Of a stretch of 64,000 nucleotides of DNA, positions 50,521 to 61,800 are shown piece by piece. The position numbers and the translations under genes are program-made. Below the pieces are notes generated by a model. The model did not search any database. It was not told the origin of the DNA and saw nothing but the letters and a program-made list of their open reading frames with translations. Source of the DNA: Eledone cirrhosa (Eukaryota). The number at the start of each line of letters is the position of its first letter. Position 1 is the first letter of the stretch. The stretch lies in assembly GCA_964016885.1 (NCBI GenBank), contig OZ024745.1, positions 61,070,001-61,134,000 on the forward strand, written 5' to 3'.

Positions 50521-52899
50521 GGACAGTTCTCCTCAGATCACCTTGGTAACTGTGGTTGTATGGCTAGGACAGTTCTCCTCTGATCACCTAGGTAACTGTG
50601 GTTGTATGGCTAGGACAGTTCTCCTCAGATCACCTTGGTAACTGTGGTTGTATGGCTAGGACAGTTCTCCTCTGATCACCTAGGTAACTGTGGTGGTATG
50701 GCTAGGACAGTTCTCCTCTGATCACCTAGGTAACTGTGGTTGTATGGCTAGGACAGTTCTCCTCAGATCACCTTGGTAACTGTGGTTGTATGAATAGGAC
50801 AGTTCACCTCTGATCACCTAGGTAACTGTGGTGGTATGGCTAGGACAGTTCTCCTCAGATCACCTAGGTAACTGTGTTTGTATGGCTAGGACAGTACTCC
50901 TCTGATCACCTAGGTAACTGTATTTGTATTGCTAGCACAGTTCTCCTCTGATCACCTAGGTAACTGTGGTTGTATGGCTAGGACAGTTCTCCTCAGATCA
51001 CCTAGGTAACTGTGGTGGTATGGTTAGGACAGCACTCCTCTGATCACCTAGGTAACTGTGGTGGTATGGTTAGGACAGTACTCCTCTGATCACCTAGGTA
51101 ACTGTGGTTGTATGATGAGGACAGTTCTCCTCAGATCACCTAGGTAACTGTGGTTGTATGGCTAGGACAGTACTCCTCTGATCACCTAGGTACCTGTGGT
51201 TGTATGGCTAGGACAGTACTCCTCTGATCACCTAGGTAACTGTGGTGGTATGGTTAGGACAGTACTCCTCTGATCACCTAGGTAACTGGTGGTATGGCTA
51301 GGACAGTTCTCCTCTGATCACCTAGGTAACTGTGGTTGTATGGCTAGGACAGTTCTCAGATCACCTCGGTAACTGTGGTTGTATGGCTAGGACAGTTCTC
51401 CTCAGATCACCAAGGTAACTGTGGTTGTATGGCTAGGACAGTTCTCCTCAGATCACCTAGGTAACTGTGGTTGTATGGCTAGGACAGTCCTCCTCAGATC
51501 ACCTAGGTAACTGTGGTTGTATGGCTAGGACAGTTCTCCTCAGATCACCAAGGTAACTGTGGTTGTATGGCTAGGACAGTTCTCCTCAGATCACCTAGGT
51601 AACTGTGTTTGTATGGCTAGGACAGTTCTCCTCAGATCACCAAGGTAACTGTGGTTGTATGGCTAGGACAGTTCTCCTCAGATCACCTAGGTAACTGTGG
51701 TTGTATGGCTAGGACAGTTCTCCTCAGATCACCTAGGTAACTGTGGTTGTATGGCTAGGACAGTTCTCCTCAGATCACCTAGGTAACTGTGTTTGTATGG
51801 CTAGGACAGTTCTCCTCTGATCACCTAGGTAACTGGTGGTATGGCTAGGACAGTTCTCCTCTGATCACCTGTGTAACTGTCGTTGTATGACTAGGACAGT
51901 TCTCCTCTGATCACCTAGGTAACTGTGGTTGTATGGCTAGGACAGTTCTCCTCAGATCACCGAGGTAACTGTGGTTGTATGACTAGGACAGTTCTCCTCT
52001 GATCACCTAGGTAACTGTGGTTGTATGGCTAGGACAGTTCTCCTCTGATCACCTAGGTAACTGTGGTGGTATGGCTAGGACAGTTCTCCTCTGATCACCT
52101 AGGTAACTGTGGTTGTATGGCTAGGACAGTTCTCCTCAGATCACCTAGGTAACTGTGGTTGTATGACTAGGACAGTTCTCCCCAGATCACCTAGGTAACT
52201 GTGGTTGTTTGGCTAGGACAGTTCTCCTCAGATCACCTAGGTAACTGTGGTTGTATTGCTAGGACAGTTCTCCTCTGATCACCTAGGTAACTGTGGTTGT
52301 ATGGCTAGGACAGTTCTCCTCAGATTACCTAGGTTACTGTGGTTGTATGGCTAGGACAGTTCTCCTCAGATCACCTAGGTAACTGTGGTTGTATTGCTAG
52401 GACAGTTCTCCTCAGATCACCTAGGTAACTGTGGTTATATTGCTAGGACAGTTCTCCTCAGATCACCTAAGTAACTGTGGTTGTATTGCTAGGACAGTTC
52501 TCCTCAGATCACCTAAGTAACTGTGGTTGTATTGCTAGGACAGTTCTCCCCAGATCACCTAGGCAACTGATTGTATGGCTAGGACAGTTCTCCCCTGATC
52601 ACCTAGGTAACTGTGGTTGTATGGCTAGGACAGTTCTCCTCAGATCACCTAGGTAACTGTGGTTGTATGGCTAGGACAGTTCTCCTCAGATCACCTAAGT
52701 AACTGTGGTTGTATTGCTAGGACAGTTCTCCCCAGATCACCTAGGCAACTGATTGTATGGCTAGGACAGTTCTCCCCTGGCAACCTAGGTAACTGTGGTT
52801 GTATGGCTAGGACAGTTCTCCTCAGATCACCTAGGTAACTGTGGTTGTATGGCTAGGACAGTTCTCCTCAGATCACCTAGGCAACTGTGGTTGTATGGC

Positions 52900-55800
52900 T
52901 AGGACAGTTCTCCTCTGATCACCTAGGTAACTGTGGTTGTATGACGAGGACAGTTCTCCCCAGATCACTTATGTAACGGTGGTCGTATGGCTAGGACAGT
53001 TCTCCTCTGATCACCTAGGTAACTGTGGTGGTATGGCTAGGACAGTTCTCCTCTGATCACCTAGGTAACGGTGGTTGTATGGCTAGGACAGTTCTCCTCA
53101 GATCACCTAGGTAACTGTGGTTGTATGACTAGGACAGTTCTCCTCTGATCACCTAGGTAACTGTGGTTGTATGGCTAGGACAGTTCTCCTCAGATCACCT
53201 TGGTAACTGTGGTTGTATGAATAGGACAGTTCACCTCTGATCACCTAGGTAACTGTGGTTGTATGGCTAGGACAGTTCTCCTCAGATCACCTAGGTAACT
53301 GGTTGTATGGCTAGGACAGTTCTCCTCAGATCACCTAGGTAACTGTGGTTGTATGACTAGGACAGTTCTGCTCTGATCACCTAGGTAACTGTGGTTGTAT
53401 GGCTAGGACAGTTCTCCTCTGATCACCTAGGTAACTGTGGTTGTATGTCTAGGACAGTTCTCCTCAGATCACCTAGGTAACTGTGGTTGTATGGCTAGGA
53501 CAGTTCTCCTCAGATCACCTAGGTAACTGTGGTTGTATGGCTAGGACAGTTCTGCTCAGATCACCTAGGTAACTGGTTGTATGGCTAGGACAGTTCTCCT
53601 CTGATCACCTAGGTAACTGTGGTTGTATGTCTAGGACAGTTCTCCTCTGATCACCTAGGTAACTGTGGTTGTATGGCTAGGACAGTTCTCCTCAGATCAC
53701 CTAGGTAACTGTGGTTGTATGTCTAGGACAGTTATCCTCTGATCACCTAGGTAACTGTGGTTGTATGTCTAGGACAGTTCTCCTCAGATCACCTAGGTAA
53801 CTGTGGTTGTATGGCTAGGACAGTTCTCCTCTGATCACCTAGGTAACTGTGGTTGTATGGCTAGGACAGTACTCCTCAGATCACTTAGGTAACTGTTGTT
53901 GTATTGCTAGGACAGTTCTCCTCTGATCACCTAGGTAACTGTGGTTGTATGTCTAGGACAGTTCTCCTCTGATCACCTAGGTAACTGTGGTTGTATGTCT
54001 AGGACAGTTCTCCTCTGATCACCTAGTTACCTGTGGTTGTATGGCTAGGACAGTTCTCCTCTGATCACCTAGGTAACTGTGGTTGTATGGCTAGGACAGT
54101 TCTCCTCAGATCACCTAGGTAACTGTTGTTGTATTGCTAGGACAGTTCTCCTCTGATCACCTAGGTAACGGTGGTTGTATGGCTAGGACAGTTCTCCCCA
54201 GATCACCTAGGTAACTGTGGTTGTATGGCTAGGACAGTTCTCCTCAGATCACCTAGGTAACTGTTGTTGTATTGCTAGGACAGTTCTCCTCAGATCACCT
54301 AGGTAACTGTGGTTGTATTGCTAGGACAGTTCTCCTCAGATCACCTAGGTAACTGTGGTTGTATGGCTAGGACAGTTCTCCTCAGATTACCTAGGTAACT
54401 GTGGTTGTATGGCTAGGACAGTTCTCCTCAGATCACCTAGGTAACTGTGGTGGTATGGCTAGGACAGTTCTTTTCAGATCACCTAGGTAACTGTGGTTGT
54501 ATGGCTAGGACAGTTCTCCTCAGATCACCTAGGTAACTGTGGTTGTATTGCTATGACAGTTCTCCTCTGATCACCTAGGTAACTGTGGTTGTATGGCTAG
54601 GACAGTTCTCCTCAGATCACCTAGGTAACTGTGGTGGTATGGTTAGGACAGTTCTCCTCAGATCACCTAGGTAACTGTGGTGGTATGGCTAGGACAGTTC
54701 TCCTCAGATCACCTAGTTTACTGTGGTTGTATGGCTAGGACAGTTCTCCTCAGATTATCTAGGTAACTGTGGTTGTATGGCTAGGACAGTTCTCCTCAGA
54801 TCATCTAGGTAACTGTGGTTGTTTGGCTAGGACAGTTCTCCTCTGATCACCTAGGTAACTGTGGTTGTATGGCTAGGACAGTTCTCCTCAGATCACCTTG
54901 GTAACTGTGGTTATATGAATAGGACAGTTCACCTCTGATCACCTAGGTAACTGTGGTTGTATGGCTAGGACAGTTCTCCTCTGATCACCTAGGTAACTGT
55001 GGTTGTATGGCTAGGACAGTTCTCCTCAGATCACCTAGGTAACTGTGGTTGTATTGCTAGGACAGTTCTCAGATCACCTAGGTAACTGATTGTATGGCTA
55101 GGGCAGTTCTCCTCAGATCACCTAGGTAACTGTGGTTGTATGACGAGGACAGTTCTCCTCTGATCACGTAGGTAACTGTGGTTGTATGGCTAGGACAGTT
55201 CTCCTCTGATCACCTAGGTAACGGTGGTTGTATGGCTAGGACAGTTCTCCTCTGATCACCTGTGTAACTGTGGTTGTTTGGCTAGGACAGTTCTCCTCAG
55301 ATCACCTAGGTAACTGTGGTTGTATGGCTAGGACAGTTCTCCTCAGATCACCTAGGTAACTGGTGGTATGGCTAGGACAGTTCTCCTCAGATCATCTAGG
55401 TAACTGTGGTTGTATGACTAGGACAGTTCTCCTCTGATCACCTAGGTAACTGTGGTTGTATGGCTAGGACAGTTCTCCTCTGATCACCTAGGTAACTGTG
55501 GTGGTATGGCTAGGACAGTTCTCCTCTGATCACCTAGGTAACTGTGGTTGTATGGCTAGGACAGTTCTCCTCAGATCACCTAGGTAACTGTGGTTGTATG
55601 TCTAGGACAGTTCTCCTCTGATCACCTAGGTAACTGTGGTTGTATGTCTAGGACAGTTCTCCTCAGATCACCTAGGTAACTGTGGTTGTATGGCTAGGAC
55701 AGTTCTCCTCTGATCACCTAGGTAACTGTGGTTGTATGGCTACGACAGTTCTCCTCAGATCACTTAGGTAACTGTTGTTGTATTGCTAGGACAGTTCTCC

Positions 55801-58800
55801 TCTGATCACCTAGGTAACTGTGGTTGTATGTCTAGGACAGTTCTCCTCTGATCACCTAGGTAACTGTGGTTGTATGTCTAGGACAGTTCTCCTCTGATCA
55901 CCTAGGTAACTGTGGTTGTATGTCTAGGACAGTTCTCCTCTGATCACCTAGTTACCTGTGGTTGTATGGCTAGGACAGTTCTCCTCTGATCACCTAGGTA
56001 ACTGTGGTTGTATGGCTAGGACAGTTCTCCTCAGATCACCTAGGTAACTGTTGTTGTATTGCTAGGACAGTTCTCCTCTGATCACCTAGGTAACGGTGGT
56101 TGTATGGCTAGGACAGTTCTCCCCAGATCACCTAGGTAACTGTGGTTGTATGGCTAGGACAGTTCTCCTCAGATCACCTAGGTAACTGTTGTTGTATTGC
56201 TAGGACAGTTCTCCTCAGATCACCTAGGTAACTGTGGTTGTATTGCTAGGACAGTTCTCCTCAGATCACCTAGGTAACTGTGGTTGTATGGCTAGGACAG
56301 TTCTCCTCAGATTACCTAGGTAACTGTGGTTGTATGGCTAGGACAGTTCTCCTCAGATCACCTAGGTAACTGTGGTGGTATGGCTAGGACAGTTCTTTTC
56401 AGATCACCTAGGTAACTGTGGTTGTATGGCTAGGACAGTTCTCCTCAGATCACCTAGGTAACTGTGGTTGTATTGCTATGACAGTTCTCCTCTGATCACC
56501 TAGGTAACTGTGGTTGTATGGCTAGGACAGTTCTCCTCAGATCACCTAGGTAACTGTGGTGGTATGGTTAGGACAGTTCTCCTCAGATCACCTAGGTAAC
56601 TGTGGTGGTATGGCTAGGACAGTTCTCCTCAGATCACCTAGTTTACTGTGGTTGTATGGCTAGGACAGTTCTCCTCAGATTATCTAGGTAACTGTGGTTG
56701 TATGGCTAGGACAGTTCTCCTCAGATCATCTAGGTAACTGTGGTTGTTTGGCTAGGACAGTTCTCCTCTGATCACCTAGGTAACTGTGGTTGTATTGCTA
56801 GGACAGTTCTCCTCAGATCACCTAGGTAACTGTGGTGGTATGGCTAGGAGAGTTCTCCTCTGATCACCTAGGTAACTGTGGTTGTATGACGAGGACAGTT
56901 CTCCCCAGATCACTTATGTAACGGTGGTCGTATGGCTAGGACAGTTCTCCTCTGATCACCTAGGTAACTGTGGTGGTATGGCTAGGACAGTTCTCCTCTG
57001 ATCATCTAGGTAACGGTGGTTGTATGGCTAGGACAGTTCTCCTCAGATCACCTAGGTAACTGTGGTTGTATGACTAGGACAGTTCTCCTCTGATCACCTA
57101 GGTAACTGTGGTTGTATGGCTAGGACAGTTCTCCTCAGATCACCTTGGTAACTGTGGTTGTATGAATAGGACAGTTCACCTCTGATCACCTAGGTAACTG
57201 TGGTTGTATGGCTAGGACAGTTCTCCTCAGATCACCTAGGTAACTGGTTGTATGGCTAGGACAGTTCTCCTCAGATCACCTAGGTAACTGTGGTTGTATG
57301 ACTAGGACAGTTCTGCTCTGATCACCTAGGTAACTGTGGTTGTATGGCTAGGACAGTTCTCCTCTGATCACCTAGGTAACTGTGGTTGTATGTCTAGGAC
57401 AGTTCTCCTCAGATCACCTAGGTAACTGTGGTTGTATGGCTAGGACAGTTCTCCTCAGATCACCTAGGTAACTGTGGTTGTATGGCTAGGACAGTTCTGC
57501 TCAGATCACCTAGGTAACTGGTTGTATGGCTAGGACAGTTCTCCTCTGATCACCTAGGTAACTGTGGTTGTATGTCTAGGACAGTTCTCCTCTGATCACC
57601 TAGGTAACTGTGGTTGTATGGCTAGGACAGTTCTCCTCAGATCACCTAGGTAACTGTGGTTGTATGTCTAGGACAGTTATCCTCTGATCACCTAGGTAAC
57701 TGTGGTTGTATGTCTAGGACAGTTCTCCTCAGATCACCTAGGTAACTGTGGTTGTATGGCTAGGACAGTTCTCCTCTGATCACCTAGGTAACTGTGGTTG
57801 TATGGCTAGGACAGTTCTCCTCAGATCACTTAGGTAACTGTTGTTGTATTGCTAGGACAGTTCTCCTCTGATCACCTAGGTAACTGTGGTTGTATGTCTA
57901 GGACAGTTCTCCTCTGATCACCTAGGTAACTGTGGTTGTATGTCTAGGACAGTTCTCCTCTGATCACCTAGTTACCTGTGGTTGTATGGCTAGGACAGTT
58001 CTCCTCTGATCACCTAGGTAACTGTGGTTGTATGGCTAGGACAGTTCTCCTCAGATCACCTAGGTAACTGTTGTTGTATTGCTAGGACAGTTCTCCTCTG
58101 ATCACCTAGGTAACGGTGGTTGTATGGCTAGGACAGTTCTCCCCAGATCACCTAGGTAACTGTGGTTGTATGGCTAGGACAGTTCTCCTCAGATCACCTA
58201 GGTAACTGTTGTTGTATTGCTAGGACAGTTCTCCTCAGATCACCTAGGTAACTGTGGTTGTATTGCTAGGACAGTTCTCCTCAGATCACCTAGGTAACTG
58301 TGGTTGTATGGCTAGGACAGTTCTCCTCAGATTACCTAGGTAACTGTGGTTGTATGGCTAGGACAGTTCTCCTCAGATCACCTAGGTAACTGTGGTGGTA
58401 TGGCTAGGACAGTTCTTTTCAGATCACCTAGGTAACTGTGGTTGTATGGCTAGGACAGTTCTCCTCAGATCACCTAGGTAACTGTGGTTGTATTGCTATG
58501 ACAGTTCTCCTCTGATCACCTAGGTAACTGTGGTTGTATGGCTAGGACAGTTCTCCTCAGATCACCTAGGTAACTGTGGTGGTATGGTTAGGACAGTTCT
58601 CCTCAGATCACCTAGGTAACTGTGGTGGTATGGCTAGGACAGTTCTCCTCAGATCACCTAGTTTACTGTGGTTGTATGGCTAGGACAGTTCTCCTCAGAT
58701 TATCTAGGTAACTGTGGTTGTATGGCTAGGACAGTTCTCCTCAGATCATCTAGGTAACTGTGGTTGTTTGGCTAGGACAGTTCTCCTCTGATCACCTAGG

Positions 58801-61800
58801 TAACTGTGGTTGTATGGCTAGGACAGTTCTCCTCAGATCACCTTGGTAACTGTGGTTATATGAATAGGACAGTTCACCTCTGATCACCTAGGTAACTGTG
58901 GTTGTATGGCTAGGACAGTTCTCCTCTGATCACCTAGGTAACTGTGGTTGTATGGCTAGGACAGTTCTCCTCAGATCACCTAGGTAACTGTGGTTGTATT
59001 GCTAGGACAGTTCTCAGATCACCTAGGTAACTGATTGTATGGCTAGGGCAGTTCTCCTCAGATCACCTAGGTAACTGTGGTTGTATGACGAGGACAGTTC
59101 TCCTCTGATCACGTAGGTAACTGTGGTTGTATGGCTAGGACAGTTCTCCTCTGATCACCTAGGTAACGGTGGTTGTATGGCTAGGACAGTTCTCCTCTGA
59201 TCACCAGTGTAACTGTGGTTGTATGACTAGGACAGTTCTCCTCTGATCACCTAGGTAACTGTGGTTGTATGGCTAGGACAGTTCTCCTCAGATCACCTAG
59301 GTAACTGGTGGTATGGCTAGGACAGTTCTCCTCAGATCATCTAGGTAACTGTGGTTGTATGACTAGGACAGTTCTCCTCTGATCACCTAGGTAACTGTGG
59401 TTGTATGGCTAGGACAGTTCTCCTCTGATCACCTAGGTAACTGTGGTGGTATGGCTAGGACAGTTCTCCTCTGATCACCTAGGTAACTGTGGTTGTATGG
59501 CTAGGACAGTTCTCCTCAGATCACCTAGGTAACTGTGGTTGTATGTCTAGGACAGTTCTCCTCTGATCACCTAGGTAACTGTGGTTGTATGTCTAGGACA
59601 GTTCTCCTCAGATCACCTAGGTAACTGTGGTTGTATGGCTAGGACAGTTCTCCTCTGATCACCTAGGTAACTGTGGTTGTATGGCTACGACAGTTCTCCT
59701 CAGATCACTTAGGTAACTGTTGTTGTATTGCTAGGACAGTTCTCCTCTGATCACCTAGGTAACTGTGGTTGTATGTCTAGGACAGTTCTCCTCTGATCAC
59801 CTAGGTAACTGTGGTTGTATGTCTAGGACAGTTCTCCTCTGATCACCTAGGTAACTGTGGTTGTATGTCTAGGACAGTTCTCCTCTGATCACCTAGTTAC
59901 CTGTGGTTGTATGGCTAGGACAGTTCTCCTCTGATCACCTAGGTAACTGTGGTTGTATGGCTAGGACAGTTCTCCTCAGATCACCTAGGTAACTGTTGTT
60001 GTATTGCTAGGACAGTTCTCCTCTGATCACCTAGGTAACGGTGGTTGTATGGCTAGGACAGTTCTCCCCAGATCACCTAGGTAACTGTGGTTGTATGGCT
60101 AGGACAGTTCTCCTCAGATCACCTAGGTAACTGTTGTTGTATTGCTAGGACAGTTCTCCTCAGATCACCTAGGTAACTGTGGTTGTATTGCTAGGACAGT
60201 TCTCCTCAGATCACCTAGGTAACTGTGGTTGTATGGCTAGGACAGTTCTCCTCAGATTACCTAGGTAACTGTGGTTGTATGGCTAGGACAGTTCTCCTCA
60301 GATCACCTAGGTAACTGTGGTGGTATGGCTAGGACAGTTCTTTTCAGATCACCTAGGTAACTGTGGTTGTATGGCTAGGACAGTTCTCCTCAGATCACCT
60401 AGGTAACTGTGGTTGTATTGCTAGGACAGTTCTCCTCAGATCACCTAGGTAACTGTGGTTGTATGGCTAGGACAGTTCTCCTCAGATTACCTAGGTAACT
60501 GTGGTTGTATGGCTAGGACAGTTCTCCTCAGATCACCTAGGTAACTGTGGTGGTATGGCTAGGACAGTTCTTTTCAGATCACCTAGGTAACTGTGGTTGT
60601 ATGGCTAGGACAGTTCTCCTCAGATCACCTAGGTAACTGTGGTTGTATGTCTAGGACAGTTCTCCTCAGATCACCTAGGTAACTGTGGTTGTATGGCTAG
60701 GACAGTTCTCCTCTGATCACCTAGGTAACTGTGGTTGTATGGCTACGACAGTTCTCCTCAGATCACTTAGGTAACTGTTGTTGTATTGCTAGGACAGTTC
60801 TCCTCTGATCACCTAGGTAACTGTGGTTGTATGTCTAGGACAGTTCTCCTCTGATCACCTAGGTAACTGTGGTTGTATGTCTAGGACAGTTCTCCTCTGA
60901 TCACCTAGGTAACTGTGGTTGTATGTCTAGGACAGTTCTCCTCTGATCACCTAGTTACCTGTGGTTGTATGGCTAGGACAGTTCTCCTCTGATCACCTAG
61001 GTAACTGTGGTTGTATGGCTAGGACAGTTCTCCTCAGATCACCTAGGTAACTGTTGTTGTATTGCTAGGACAGTTCTCCTCTGATCACCTAGGTAACGGT
61101 GGTTGTATGGCTAGGACAGTTCTCCCCAGATCACCTAGGTAACTGTGGTTGTATGGCTAGGACAGTTCTCCTCAGATCACCTAGGTAACTGTTGTTGTAT
61201 TGCTAGGACAGTTCTCCTCAGATCACCTAGGTAACTGTGGTTGTATTGCTAGGACAGTTCTCCTCAGATCACCTAGGTAACTGTGGTTGTATGGCTAGGA
61301 CAGTTCTCCTCAGATTACCTAGGTAACTGTGGTTGTATGGCTAGGACAGTTCTCCTCAGATCACCTAGGTAACTGTGGTGGTATGGCTAGGACAGTTCTT
61401 TTCAGATCACCTAGGTAACTGTGGTTGTATGGCTAGGACAGTTCTCCTCAGATCACCTAGGTAACTGTGGTTGTATTGCTATGACAGTTCTCCTCTGATC
61501 ACCTAGGTAACTGTGGTTGTATGGCTAGGACAGTTCTCCTCAGATCACCTAGGTAACTGTGGTGGTATGGTTAGGACAGTTCTCCTCAGATCACCTAGGT
61601 AACTGTGGTGGTATGGCTAGGACAGTTCTCCTCAGATCACCTAGTTTACTGTGGTTGTATGGCTAGGACAGTTCTCCTCAGATTATCTAGGTAACTGTGG
61701 TTGTATGGCTAGGACAGTTCTCCTCAGATCATCTAGGTAACTGTGGTTGTTTGGCTAGGACAGTTCTCCTCTGATCACCTAGGTAACTGTGGTTGTATTG

